A stretch of 64,000 bases of DNA from Candidatus Latescibacterota bacterium (GCA_965204745.1 OZ242010.1:3264001-3328000); one strand, 5' to 3'. Counted from the stretch's first letter, positions 9,954-22,476 are shown. A program made the numbers and translations. The notes: generated by a model from the letters alone, not told the origin.

Positions 9954-10301
9954 ATGACCATCAGAGAAGAAATCAAGGACGACATCGCGATCCTCACCCT
10001 GCGGGGCGATTTGATGGATGGGCCGGAGGTCGCGCCGTTTCACGAGCACGTCAAAAAACTCGTCGACAACAACATCAATCGCGTGATTGTCGATTTTTCC
10101 GGCATCAGATGGTTTGGCAGTGCGATGCTCGGCGTGCTCACCGCGTCTTTGGCAACCGTGAAAGAAGCCGGTGGCGAGTTGTGCTTGGTGGGCATTACCA
10201 AGCGAATCGAAAGCATTTTCATGGTCACGTCCCTAGCGTCGGCTTTTCAAACCTATCGCACTGTGAACCGCGCGCTGGTCCATTTCAGGCACAATCCGTG
10301 A
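9954..10301 (+). CDS. STAS-domain anti-sigma factor antagonist
   Basis: 115 aa; ILTLRGDL, VIVDFSGI..FGSAMLG, GGELCL. Confidence 0.85.
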   Translation: MTIREEIKDDIAILTLRGDLMDGPEVAPFHEHVKKLVDNNINRVIVDFSGIRWFGSAMLGVLTASLATVKEAGGELCLVGITKRIESIFMVTSLASAFQTYRTVNRALVHFRHNP

Positions 10302-10397
10302 TCGGGTTTGAGCCACGAAGGGTATGAAGAAAGGCGAATCGCGGGTTAAAGTCGGAAGTCATTCCAATTCGTCTGTCCCCGGTTTCGCACATTCGCA

Positions 10398-11600
10398 ATG
10401 GCACATTCTGAACTCACCCGCAGCGTTCGCTTGTATCCGATTTACGCGCCTATCGCGCAGGCGCATTTCTGGTTGCCCGTATTTTTTTTGTATTTCAACC
10501 AGCACATGACCATCGATCAGGTGTTGCGTCTCGAAGCCATTTACTACGTCGCTGTGGTGATCCTCGAAGTGCCATCTGGGTACTTGTCCGACACCTTGGG
10601 CCGCCGTCTCACCCTTTTGATCTCCACCCTCGCTGCGGTACTTGCGTACATCCTGTTTTTTTTTGCTCACGCATTTGGCGCCTTTGTGTTGGCGCAACTC
10701 GGCTTGGCCGCGAGTGTGGCGTTTCGGTCCGGCACGGACACGTCCTTTCACTACGACCTGCTCGCGTGTTTGGGCCGCGAAGCCGAGTACGCGGACCGCG
10801 AGGCGCGCATTACGCGCAATGTGTTTTTCGCCTCGGCCGGGGCCGCGCTCACAGGCGGTTTGGTCGCCATTTATGCGTTGCGTCTCGCGTATTGTCTCTC
10901 CCTGTTGACCGCGTGTGTGTGTGGCGTGCTGGTCTTTGCATTTGCCGAACCGAGCCGAGACCCCAAACGCCGTTTTTTGATGCCGGGATTTTTTGCACAG
11001 ATTCGCGCATGTGTGGCGTATCTCAAGCAACCCGCGCTCGCGTGGTTGATGTCGTTCTCCGTGTTTATGACGGTGATCAACCACATCCCCTACGAATTTT
11101 ACCAACCCTACATCGACTTGCTCACAGGACAGGCGCCCACCCCGTTGGTCACGGGTTGCCACACCGCGTTGACGATGGTCATTGCGGCGTGGTTTGCAAA
11201 GCGCAGTGTTCGCCTGTCCGATGCCGTGGGCACGCGCTCGGCCCTGATGCTCAGTGCGGGCATTCAAGGCTTTCTCATCTGGACGATGAGCGTTTTTCTG
11301 CATCCCATTGTCGTGTTGCTGTTGGGGTTTCGCTCGGTCCCTCGTGCCCTGATGATCGCGCCGCTCAATGCCGCGATTGTTCCCCGGTTGCAACAACACC
11401 ATCGCGCCACCTATCTCTCCATCCAAAGCCTGATCGGCCGGTTGGCATTTTCGCTCTGCCTCGCCCTGCTCGCGTCCTCCGCATCAACGGGCGCGGACGC
11501 GATCTTTCACCCCCTCCACACGGCCGCGGTTTTTGCCCTCGCGGGATGCGCGGTGCTCGCGATCATCGCGGTGCTCATTCCCCAGGCGCAGTGGGAATAG
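10398..11600 (+). CDS. MFS transporter
   Basis: LEVPSGYLSDTLGRR motif; many TM segments. Confidence 0.9.
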   Translation: MAHSELTRSVRLYPIYAPIAQAHFWLPVFFLYFNQHMTIDQVLRLEAIYYVAVVILEVPSGYLSDTLGRRLTLLISTLAAVLAYILFFFAHAFGAFVLAQLGLAASVAFRSGTDTSFHYDLLACLGREAEYADREARITRNVFFASAGAALTGGLVAIYALRLAYCLSLLTACVCGVLVFAFAEPSRDPKRRFLMPGFFAQIRACVAYLKQPALAWLMSFSVFMTVINHIPYEFYQPYIDLLTGQAPTPLVTGCHTALTMVIAAWFAKRSVRLSDAVGTRSALMLSAGIQGFLIWTMSVFLHPIVVLLLGFRSVPRALMIAPLNAAIVPRLQQHHRATYLSIQSLIGRLAFSLCLALLASSASTGADAIFHPLHTAAVFALAGCAVLAIIAVLIPQAQWE

Positions 11601-11665
11601 AGGTGAGAGGCGAGAGGGGAGAGGCGAGAGGCGAGAGGCGAGAGGCGAGAGGCGAGAGGCGAGAG
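11601..11665. repeat. Heptamer tandem repeat (GAGAGGC)n
   Basis: About 8-9 units directly after the MFS stop; variants at 9707-9750, 14568-14745, 22985-23015, 31548-31610 and 40803-40830. Confidence 0.9.
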
Positions 11666-11695
11666 GGCATGGAAGGACATAGCGGCGGGGAATTG

Positions 11696-11982
11696 GGACC
11701 TACCCCCCTAACCCCCCCTTCCTGCAAGGAAGGGGGGAACGCGGATGGGTTTTGCGAAGGGATGGTGTGAGGGATCTTTAATCGCTTTATGCCCTCGGTC
11801 AATGCCATCAGCTCAACCAGAGCGAGAAGCCATCAAAGGAGCTTTACTCCCCTTTCCTCGTAGGAAAGGGGCCGGGGGATAGGTCCCCTCGCGCAATGCC
11901 ATCAGCTCAACCAGAGCGAGAAGCCATCAAAGGAGCTTTACTCCCCTTTCCTCGTAGGAAAGGGGCCGGGGGATAGGTCCCC
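11696..11982. repeat. Modular palindromic repeat with a tandemly duplicated ~95-bp unit
   Basis: CAATGCCATCAGCTCAACC...GGATAGGTCCCC occurs twice; homologous to 2045-2290. Confidence 0.85.
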
Positions 11983-12043
11983 GGGCGCAGTGGGAATAGA
12001 GGCAAGATGGGATTTTAGCCACAAAAGGCACAAGAGGTGCAAA

Positions 12044-13498
12044 ATGAATCCATCCTCCAGAAAACCGAATCTGTTATTCATTTTCACGGATCAGCAACGC
12101 GCCGATACCATGCGGTGCTATGGCAATGTGCATCTCGATGTCGCGCATCTCAACGCGCTTGCGGATGGGAGTTTTGTCTTTGAAAACGCCTACGTCAGCC
12201 AACCCGTGTGCAGTCCGTCTCGCGCTACGATGTTGTGCGGCCTGTACCCGCACACGGCCCGGGTGCCCGCGTGTAATGTGCCGTTGCCGCGAGAGGTGCG
12301 GACTATCGCCGAAATGGTATCGGCGGATTATCGGTGTTGTTACAATGGCAAGTGGCACTTGGGCGATGAGATTTTTCCACAGCACGGCTTTGGCGAGTGG
12401 GTCGGCACAGAGGACTCGTACCGCCGGCATTTCTCGAGCGCGGAACGCCATCGATACCGCAGTGCTTACCATCACTTTCTCGTGGCAAATGGGTTTGAAC
12501 CCGACGCGGAATCCGAAGGCCAGCGCGTTTTCTCCCGGCATGTGGAAGCCAGCATGCCCGAACCCTTTACCAAAGCCGCTTTCCAAGGCGACCGCGCCGC
12601 GCAATTTATCCGCGCCTGCGGGGATGACCCCTTTGTGCTCGCGGTTTCGTATTTGGAGCCACACCCGCCGCATACCGGGCCGTTCAACGACTATTGCGAT
12701 CCGGACGACCTTCCGGTCGGCCCCGCGTTCCGGCAAAAGCCACCTGCCAATGCGTCTCTCCTCAACCGCGTTTTGGCCGCTTATTACATGGAATCCGAAG
12801 AATACGGGTACGACCTTCGCACGGATGAAGGCTGGCGTGCAGTGCGGGCGCGGTATTTCGGCAACATCACCTTAGTGGATCGCTCCGTCGGCAAAATCCT
12901 GACTGCGTTGGAAGAAAGCGGGCAGGCCGACAATACCATCGTCGTCTTCACCAGTGACCACGGGGAGATGGTCGGGGACCACGGCATTTTGGGCAAGACC
13001 GTGCTCTACGAGGAATCCGTCAAAGTTCCCCTGCTCATCCGCGTGCCGTGGCTGTCCAAGCAACAGCGGATAGTCCCCGGCAACATCTCGCACATCGACC
13101 TCGTACCCACCCTGCTCGATCTGATGGGCGAACCCATCCCCGAGCACTTGCAGGGCGAGAGCCGCGTGCCGGTGATGATTGGCGAGGCCACCTTGGCGGA
13201 AAACGACGCGTTTATCCAGTGGAACCGCAGCGACGGTCATCCGCGTCCGGGCGAGGCCGAAGTCAATCCGGCGATGGGCACGCCTTGGCGGTGCATCGTC
13301 TCCTCGGATCGCTGGAAACTCAATTTGAGTGCCCACGATCAATGCGAACTCTACGATCTCAACACGGACCCCCATGAGATGATCAATCGCTTTGGCGATC
13401 CCAAACACCGCACCCGCATCCGCGACCTCGCCGCCCGCATTCGCCAATGGCAAGCGCGGACGAACGACCGAGTCTCGTTGCCCCACCCCAACCATTGA
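12044..13498 (+). CDS. Sulfatase (formylglycine-dependent, Cys-type)
   Basis: PNLLFIFTDQQR, CSPSR (CxPxR), GKWHLG, FTSDHG, ELYDL..DP.E. Confidence 0.93.
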   Translation: MNPSSRKPNLLFIFTDQQRADTMRCYGNVHLDVAHLNALADGSFVFENAYVSQPVCSPSRATMLCGLYPHTARVPACNVPLPREVRTIAEMVSADYRCCYNGKWHLGDEIFPQHGFGEWVGTEDSYRRHFSSAERHRYRSAYHHFLVANGFEPDAESEGQRVFSRHVEASMPEPFTKAAFQGDRAAQFIRACGDDPFVLAVSYLEPHPPHTGPFNDYCDPDDLPVGPAFRQKPPANASLLNRVLAAYYMESEEYGYDLRTDEGWRAVRARYFGNITLVDRSVGKILTALEESGQADNTIVVFTSDHGEMVGDHGILGKTVLYEESVKVPLLIRVPWLSKQQRIVPGNISHIDLVPTLLDLMGEPIPEHLQGESRVPVMIGEATLAENDAFIQWNRSDGHPRPGEAEVNPAMGTPWRCIVSSDRWKLNLSAHDQCELYDLNTDPHEMINRFGDPKHRTRIRDLAARIRQWQARTNDRVSLPHPNH

Positions 13499-13508
13499 GA
13501 GGTAGATC

Positions 13509-14552
13509 ATGCCAAAAGTCCTGCTCGCGTTTGACGAGCGCGTGCGCGAAAATTGTATCCCGCCCGAAGAACTCGCGCGCCTCGAAACCTTTGCCACCTG
13601 GGCGTGGTTTGAATGCCAAGGCGGGGGCATTTACGAAGCGCACCGCGATCCCGAAACCCTTGCCCGCTTGATCGAGTGCGTGCGCGATGTCGATGCCATT
13701 GTCGTTTGCCACGGCGCGCCCACCCTGAATGCGGACGTGATGGATCGCGCACCGCGGTTGAAATTGATCGGCGAACTCGAGGGCGACCGCTTTGCCGCAC
13801 GGATGGACCTCGACGCGGCATGGGCGCGCGGCATTCGCACAGTGGATACGACGCAGGGATCGTCTTATCCGGTCGCTGAATGGGCACTCGCCCTCATCCT
13901 CATCGCCCTACGCAATGCGGGCGCGGCCTTTCGCCGCATCATCTCGGGCAATACGCCCAGCGGTGCTGAAAAGCGCGAGAACATGCGCGGCATGCTAACC
14001 GGCAAGCGCGTGGGCCTCATCGGTTGCGGGCACATGGGCCGCCGCCTCATTTCTTTTTTGCGGCCTTTCAATGTCGATATCTGGGTGTACGACCCGTACT
14101 TGTCCCGCGACATTGCAGAAATCGTCGGCTTTACGCAAACCTCAATGGACAATGTCTTTTCCCAATGCGACGTCATCGTTTGCGTCGCGCCGCTCACCCC
14201 GCGCACCGAGGGGATGATCGGCAAACGCGAACTCGACCTCATCCGCTCCGGCTCGGTTTTTGTCAATGTCTCGCGCGGCGCGATTGTCGATTCCAACGCC
14301 CTCATCGCGCGCCTGAAACGGGGCGACATCGCGGCGGGCTTGGAGGTATTCGACCCGGAACCCATTCCCGCAGACAGCGAGATCATCCACCTGCCCAACG
14401 TGTTCCTAAGCCCGCATTTTGCCGGCGTTACCGGCGACGATTATCCACCCTTTTTCGCGCTGATGGTCGATGAACTCCACCGGTTTTTTCAAGGCCACGA
14501 GACGTGGTTCGACCTCACCCCGCAATCGCAGGCCAATCGCAGAGGCGACTGA
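13509..14552 (+). CDS. D-2-hydroxyacid dehydrogenase family protein
   Basis: VAE, GLIGCGHMG, VNVSRG, VFDPEP, SPHFAG. Confidence 0.9.
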   Translation: MPKVLLAFDERVRENCIPPEELARLETFATWAWFECQGGGIYEAHRDPETLARLIECVRDVDAIVVCHGAPTLNADVMDRAPRLKLIGELEGDRFAARMDLDAAWARGIRTVDTTQGSSYPVAEWALALILIALRNAGAAFRRIISGNTPSGAEKRENMRGMLTGKRVGLIGCGHMGRRLISFLRPFNVDIWVYDPYLSRDIAEIVGFTQTSMDNVFSQCDVIVCVAPLTPRTEGMIGKRELDLIRSGSVFVNVSRGAIVDSNALIARLKRGDIAAGLEVFDPEPIPADSEIIHLPNVFLSPHFAGVTGDDYPPFFALMVDELHRFFQGHETWFDLTPQSQANRRGD

Positions 14553-14567
14553 TCGCTTTTACAAATT

Positions 14568-14790
14568 CGGTGAGACGTAAGACGGGAGACGGGAGAGGCA
14601 AAAGGCAGTAGTCAGTTGTCAGTTGTCAGTTGTCAGTTTCCACCCCGCCCAACCCCCTTCGGTGAGACGTAAGACGGGAGACGGGAGAGGTGAGGCAACC
14701 CCGCCCAACCCCCTGCGGTGAGAAGTAAGACGGGAGAGGTGAGACCGCCCCGCCACCGCCCAAGTGGTCCGTGGTCAGTCGTCAGTAGGT
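14568..14790. repeat. Composite repeat: CAGTTTCC.CCCCGC.CAACCCCCTTCGGTGAGA plus heptamer arrays
   Basis: Homologous copies at 25620-25700 (rc), 31511-31633, and 34222-35596 (rc, split by IS110). Confidence 0.8.
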
Positions 14791-14855
14791 CGTGTTGACA
14801 TTTTATTTTTTTCTAGAGATCAGCAAATGTGTTGCTTGCTCATTTAAGGCGTTTC

Positions 14856-15390
14856 CTTTGATGGCTTCTATCTCTGGTTGCTCTGATGGCGGTGCGCGAG
14901 GGGACCTATCCCCCGGCCCCTTTCCTACGAGGAAAGGGGAGTAAAGTGCCTTTGATGGCTTCTCGCTCTGGGTTGCTCTGATGGCGGTGCGCGAGGGCAT
15001 AAAGCGATTAAAAATCCCTCATCAATCCCCTCGCAAAACCGATCCTCGTTGCCCAATGGGACCTATCCCCCCGGCCCCCGTTATTCGCTTCGCTCATTGT
15101 AGGCTACGCCTGTGCCTACGAGGAAAGGGGGAGCGCATGGCTTTCTTAAAGGTTTGCATCCAGGGCTGTTTTGATGGCTTTGGGCGAATGGATCACGCCA
15201 TGCAAATCCAAAAACCCTTACACACAATCCCTCGCACAACCTCTCGCCATTCCCCCTTCCTCTTAGGAAGGGGGCCAGGGGGTAGGTCCCCCTCGCACAA
15301 CCTCTCGCCATTCCCCCTTCCTCGCAGGCACAGGCGTAGCCTACAACGAAGCGTAGCGAGTAACGGGGCCAGGGGGTAGGTCCCCCTCGC
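14856..15390. repeat. Cluster of modular palindromic repeats, inverted relative to 2045-2290
   Basis: Multiple CCCC(T/C)TTCCT...AGGAA(A/G)GGGG hairpins and the CGCTTCGCT..TTGTAGGCTACGCCTGTGCC insert. Confidence 0.8.
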
Positions 15391-15521
15391 ATCCCCCGCC
15401 CCATCCGTCGTAGGGACAGGCCCCTGCGCCTGTCCTTATTGCTTGACTGACCATCGACCCCATCGTTATTTTACCACTTGACAAATAATAACGCGATTCC
15501 CTTCCCCGAAAAAAAAATAAA

Positions 15522-18500
15522 ATGACATCCCATTATCTCCGTTTTCTGTCCCTTCCAACATGGATCGCCGTGTTGGTCATGCCCTTGCTGATCGCCCCCG
15601 CGACAGCGCAGACGACACCACTGGTGAGCAGCGGGGGCGACACGCTCAAGATGTACTGGACGGACACTGTCACGGATAAGATTCAGCGTGCCAACCTCGC
15701 TGGCTCCAATGTCGAAGACCTCATCACCACAGGATTGAGAGATCCAGTTGGCCTCGCGCTGGATGTGGGGGGCGGAAAGATGTACTGGGTGGACTGGGGC
15801 ACGGATAAGATTCAGCGTGCCGACCTCGATGGCTCCAATGTCGAAGACCTCATCACCACAGGATTGACGAATCCAGCTCGCATCGCGCTGGATGTGGGGG
15901 GCGGAAAGATGTACTGGACAGACTTTGGCACGGATAAGATTCAGCGTGCCGACCTCGATGGCTCCAATGTCGAAGACCTCATCACCACAGGATTGAGAGA
16001 TCCAGTTGGCATCGCGCTGGATGTGGGGGGCGGAAAGATGTACTGGACGGACCTTGGCTCTGGCACGAGTAAGATTCAGCGTGCCGACCTCGATGGCTCC
16101 AATGTCGAAGACCTCATCGCCACAGGATTGGGTAATCCATCTGGCCTCGCGCTGGATGTGGGGGGCGGAAAGATGTACTGGACGGACGTTACCACGTCTA
16201 AGATTCAGCGTGCCGACCTTTCTGGCTCCAATGTCGAAGACCTCATCACCACAGGATTGAGTCAGCCATATGGCATCGCGCTGGATGTGGGGGGCGGAAA
16301 GATGTACTGGACGGACCTTGGCACGGCTAAGATTCAGCGTGCCGACCTTTCTGGCTCCAATGTCGAAGACCTCATCACCACAGGATTGAGTAGGCCATCT
16401 GGCCTCGCGCTGGATAAACCGACGGTGACATTGGCACTGTCGCCCTCGTCGATTTCTGAGGCTGGTGGTGTTGCGACGGTGAGCGCGAAGCTGTCGCATC
16501 GGTCGGCGGCGGCGACAACAATCACGGTGCGCCCCGTGACCGGTGCTTACACGGTGGGGTCGGATTCGACGATCACCATCGCGGCGGGGACACGACGAAC
16601 GCGTCGGACACGGTGGTCATCACGGCGGTGAACAACACGACCGATGCACGGTGGGGTCGGATTCGACGATCACCATCGCGGCTGGGGACACGACGAACGC
16701 GTCGGACACGGTGGTCATCACGGCGGTGAACAACACGACCGATGCACCGGACAAGCGCTTAGGCGTGTCTGGCACGGTGGCAGGCGACGATGTGGCATCG
16801 ATGGCTTCCGGGACCCTGACGATCACAGACGATGAAGCCTCGCCGGATGTGACGCTGATGCTGTCGCCCTCGTCCATCTCGGAGGCTGGCGGTGTTTCGA
16901 CGGTGAGCGCGGTGCTGTCGCGTCCGTCGAGTGAGGCGACCACGATCACGGTGCGCCCCTTAGCCAATGCCTACACGGTGGGTCAGGATTCGACGATCAC
17001 CATTGCGGCTGGGGACACGACGAACGCGTCGGACACGGTGGTCATCACGGCGGTGAACAACACGACCGATGCGCCGAACAACGATGTGACCGTGTCCGGT
17101 GTGGCACGCAACGATCAAGGCGTGGGCAGTGTGACCGGTGCGGCTTTGACGCTGGATGACGATGAAGCCTCGCCGGACGTGACGCTGATGCTGTCGCCCA
17201 CGTCGATTTCTGAGGCTGGTGGTGTTGCGACGGTGAGCGCGACGCTCTCGCGTCCGTCGAGTGAGGCGACCACGATCACGGTGCGCCCCTTAGCCAATGC
17301 CTACACGGTGGGTCAGGATTCGACGATTGCCATCGCGGCCGGGCAAACGGCGAACACGTCGGACACGGTGGTGGTCACGGCGGTGGACAACGCCCAATAC
17401 GAGCTTGATCGCGCCGTGACCGTGTCCGGTGTGGCAAGCAACGACCATGGCGTGGGCCGTGTGACCGGTGCGGCTTTGACGCTGGAAAACGATGACGCGT
17501 CCAAGATGTACTGGACAGACGCTGGCACGGATAAGATTCAGCGTGCCAGCCTCAATGGCTCCCAGGTCGAAGACCTCATCACCGCAGAATTGGAGAGTTC
17601 ATGGGGCATCGCGCTGGATGTGGGGGGCGGAAAGATGTACTGGACGGACAGGGACGCGAATAAAATTCAGCGTGCCGATCTAAATGGCTCCAATGTCGAA
17701 GACCTCATCACCACAGGATTGAGTTCGCCACGGGGCATCGCGCTGGATGTGGGGGGCGGAAAGATGTACTGGGTGGACGCCGGCACGGATAAGATTCAGC
17801 GTGCCGACCTCGATGGCTCCAATGTCGAAGACCTCATCGCCACAGGATTGAGTTCGCCACGGGGCATCGCGCTGGATGTGGGGGGCGGAAAGATGTACTG
17901 GACGGACGCCGGCACGGATAAGATTCAGCGTGCCGACCTCGATGGCTCCAATGTCGAAGACCTCATCACCACAGGATTGAGTTCGCCACGGGGCATCGCG
18001 CTGGATGTGGGGGGCGGAAAGATGTACTGGACGGACGATGGCAGGAATAGGATTCAGCGTGCCGACCTCGATGGCTCCAATGTCGAAGACCTCATCACCA
18101 CAGGATTGAGAGATCCAGTTGGCATCGCGCTGGATGTGGGGGGCGGAAAGATGTACTGGACGGACAGGGACGCGAATAAAATTCAGCGTGCCGATCTAAA
18201 TGGCTCCAATGTCGAAGACCTCATCACCACAGGATTGGATAATCCAGTTGGCATCGCGCTGTTTCAACCGACGGTGATTTTGGCACTGTCGCCCACGTCG
18301 ATTTCTGAGGCTGGTGGTGTTTCGACGGTGAGCGCGACGCTCTCGCGTCCGTCGAGTGCGGCGACCACGATCACGGTGCGCCCCGTGGCCAATGCCTACA
18401 CGGTGGGTCAGGATTCGACGATCACCATCGCGGCTGGGGACACGACGAACGCGTCGGACACGGTAGCGATCACGGCGGTGGACAACGGTCAATACGAGGT

Positions 18501-21500
18501 TACTCGCGCCGTGACCGTGTCCGGTGTGGCAAGCAACGATCAAGACGTGGGCAATGTGACCGGTGCGGCTTTGACGCTGGAAGACGATGATGCGCCCAAG
18601 ATGTACTGGATGGACGCTGACACGGATAAGATTCAGCGTGTCAACATTGATGGCTCCTACGTCGAAGACCTCATCACCACAGGATTGGATGGGCCATATA
18701 GCATCGCGCTGGATGTGGGGGGCGGCAAGATGTACTGGACGGACACTACCACGGATAAGATTCAGCGTGCCGACCTCGATGGCTCCAATGTCGAAGACCT
18801 CATCACCACAGGATTGGGTGATCCAAGTGGCATCGCGCTGGATGTGGGACGCGGAAAGATGTACTGGATGGACGCTAGCACGAATAAGATTCAGCGTGCC
18901 GACCTCAATGGCTCCAATGTCGAAGACCTCATCACCGCAGGATTGAGGTATTCAGGTGGCATCGCGCTGGATGTGGGGGGCGGAAAGATGTACTGGACGG
19001 ACAGGGCCGCGGCTAATATTCAGCGTGCCGACCTCGATGGCTCTAATGTCGAAGACCTCATCACCACAGGATTGGATGGGCCATTTGGCATCGCGCTGGA
19101 TGTGGGACGCGGAAAGATGTACTGGACGGACATTGTCACGGATAAGATTCAGCGTGCCGACCTCGATGGCTCCAATGTCGAAGACCTCATCACCACAGGA
19201 TTGGGTAATCCATTTGGCATCGCGCTGGATGTGGGACGCGGAAAGATGTACTGGACGGACAATGTCACGAATAAGATTCAGCGTGCCGACCTCGATGGCT
19301 CCAATGTCGAAGACCTCATCACCACAGGATTGACTACGCCAAATGGCATCGCGCTGGATAAACCGACGGTGACATTGGCACTGTCGCCCACGTCGATTTC
19401 TGAGGCTGGTGGTGTTGCGACGGTGAGCGCGAAGCTGTCGCATCTATCGAGGGATGCGACAACAATCACGGTGCGCCCCGTGACCGGTGCTTACACGGTG
19501 GGGTCGGATTCGACGATCACCATCGCGGCTGGGGACACGACGAACGCGTCGGACACGGTGGTCATCACGGCGGTGAACAACACGACCGATGCACCGGACA
19601 AGCGCTTAGGCGTGTCTGGAACGGTGGCAGGCGACGATGTGGCATCGCTGGCTTCCGGGACCCTGACGATCACAGACGATGAAGCCGCGCCTACCGTGAC
19701 GCTGATGCTGTCGCCCTCGTCCATCTCGGAGGCTGGCGGTGTTTCGACGGTGAGCGCGACGCTCTCGCGTCCGTCGAGTGAGGCGACCACGATCACGGTG
19801 CGCCCGGTGACCGGTGCTTACACAGTGGGTCAGGATTCGACGATTGCCATTGCAGCCGGGCAAACGGCGAACACGTCGGACACGGTGGTGGTCACGGCGG
19901 TGGACAACACACAAGACGAGGTTAATCGCGCCGTGACCGTGTCCGGTGTGGCGCGCAACGCCCAAGGCGCGGGCAGTGTGACCGGGGCGACTTTGACGCT
20001 AACCGATGATGACGCGACGCCGACGCTGAGTATTGCTTCTGCGAGTGTGGATGAGGGCGCCACTGGGGAGACGCCATCCCTTGAGTTCATCGTCTCGTTG
20101 AGCGCGGCGAGTGGGAAGGTAGTGACGGTGGGCTATGCAGACGCGACTAGCGGGACCGCGACTTCGGGCACGGACTACACCGCAATCACTGCCGGCACGC
20201 TGACGTTCGCGGCGGGTGTGACGCGCAATACCATTGCGGTGTCCGTCACCGGTGACAACACCGCCGAGCCGAATGAGACCGTGAGCGTGACGCTGAGCAA
20301 TCCTGTCAATGCGACCTTCACCGGCGGGAGCGCGACCCTCACCAGTAGCGGGACGATCACCGATGATGACACGACGCCGAGGCTGAGTATTAGTTCTCCG
20401 ACTGTGGCCGAGGGGAGCGGTTCCTCATCCCTTGAGTTCATCGTGACGTTGAGTGTAGCCAGTGGTCAGCAAGTCACGGTGGACTATGAGGACGCGGGCA
20501 CCGGTACCGCGACTTCGGGAGATGACTACACCGCAATCACTGCTGGCACGCTGACCTTAGCGGCTGGCGTGACGAGCGATACCCTTGCCGTGGGCGTTCT
20601 CGCCGATGCCCTCGATGAGGAGAATGAGACCGTGGTCGTCGAGTTGAGCAATCCTGTCAATGCGACGATCAACACGGCGACCGGCACCGGAACGATCACC
20701 GATGATGACGACGAGCCGACGTTGAGTATTGCTTCTGCGAGTGTGGCCGAGGGCACCACTGGCGCCACGCCGTCGCTTGAGTTCATCGTGACGTTGAGCG
20801 CGGCAAGTGGTCGGCAAGTGACGGTGGACTATGAAGACGCGGGCACCGGTACCGCGACTTCGGGCACGGACTACACCGCAATCACTGCTGGCACGCTGAC
20901 CTTAGCGGCTGGCGTGACGAGCGATACCCTTGCCGTGACTGTCCTCGGCGATGCCCTTGACGAGGATGATGAGACCGTGATCGTGACGCTGAGCAGTGCG
21001 AGCAATGCGGCGATAAGCACGGCGACCGGCACCGGAACGATCACCGATGATGACGCCCCGCCGACGTTGAGTATTGCTTCTGCGAGTGTGACCGAGGGTG
21101 ACGCTGGGGAGACGCCATCGCTTGAGTTCATCGTCTCGTTGAGCGCGGCGAGTGGGAAGGTAGTGACGGTGGGCTATGCGGACGCGACTAGCGGGACCGC
21201 GACTTCGGACACGGACTACACGGCAATCACTGCTGGCACGCTGACGTTCGCGTCAGGTGTGACGAGAGATACCCTTGCCGTGTCCGTCACCGGTGACGAC
21301 ACCGCTGAGTCGGATGAGACCGTGATCGTGACGCTGAGCAATCCGAGCAATGCGACCCTCAGCGGCGGGGGCACGACCCTCACCGGCACCGGGACGATCA
21401 CCAATGATGACGGCGTGCCGAGGCTGAGTATTAGTTCTCCGACTGTGGCCGAGGGGAGCGGTTCCTCATCCCTTGAGTTCATCGTGATGTTGAGTGTAGC

Positions 21501-22476
21501 CAGTAGTCAGCAAGTCACGGTGGGCTATGAAGACGCGGGCACCGGGACCGCGACTTCGGGAGATGACTACACGGCAATCACTGCCGGCACGCTGACGTTT
21601 GCGGCTGGCGTGACGCGCGATACCCTTGCCGTGACTGTCCTCGCCGATGCCCTCGATGAGGATGATGAGACCGTGATCGTGACGCTGAGCAGTGCGAGCA
21701 ATGCGGCGATAAGCACGGCGACCGGCACCGGAACGATTACCGATGATGATGGCGAGCCGACGGTAACACTGTCGCTATCGGCGTCGACGATTTCGGAGAA
21801 CGGCGGGGTTTCCACGGTGAGCGCGACGCTGTCGCATCCATCGAGCGCGATCACGACGATCACGGTCTCTGCGGCACCTGTGTCCCCTGCAACTGCGAGC
21901 GACTTCACGCTATCGAGTGCAGACACGCTGATCATCGCGGCGAGTGAGACGACGAGCACGGGCACCGTGACGATCACCGCAGTGGACAACGACGACCGGG
22001 CAGGCGATAAGACGGTCACGGTGTCTGCAACCGCAAACAACGCCCAAGGCATCACCGCACCCGAACCCGTGACCCTGACCATTACCGATGACGAACCGAG
22101 TGCCAACTTGGATGTAGATGGCGATGGCCGGGTGAGACTGTTCTCGGATATAATCCTGGTCATTCGATATGTCCTCTTCTTCCGGGAAGAGGCCCTCCTC
22201 AGAGGGAACGTCATCGAGCAACAGGCTACGCGTACGACTGCTCAACAAATTGAACCCTACCTCGACATATTGGTCAATCAGAACATTCTCGATGTGGATG
22301 GCGATGGCGATGTGAGACTGTTCTCGGATATAATCCTGATCATTCGATATGTCCTCTTCTTCCGGAACGAGGCCCTCATCAGAGGGAACGTCATCGAGCA
22401 AAGTGCTACGCGCACGACCGCTCAACAAATTGAACCCTTCATCCGAAGCCTCTATCCCGACTCTCACTTCGAATGA
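15522..22476 (+). pseudogene. Giant secreted protein (3 six-bladed YWTD propellers, Ig-like and Calx-beta repeats, 2 C-terminal dockerin/EF-hand-like repeats), frameshifted by a 97-bp tandem duplication
   Basis: ORFs 15522..16631 and 16543..22476 join into ~2285 aa if 16550-16646 is removed. Signal peptide; 18 MYWxD repeats; ATSGTDYTA..GTLTFAAG and TGTITDDD Calx-beta motifs; LDVDGDG twice. Could be an assembly artefact. Confidence 0.8.

Noticed and set aside
15650-19360. CRISPR-like repeat/spacer periodicity (~129 bp)
   Set aside because: The units are in-frame coding YWTD blades with only a few variable codons; there are no unique 30-40 bp spacers and no cas operon.
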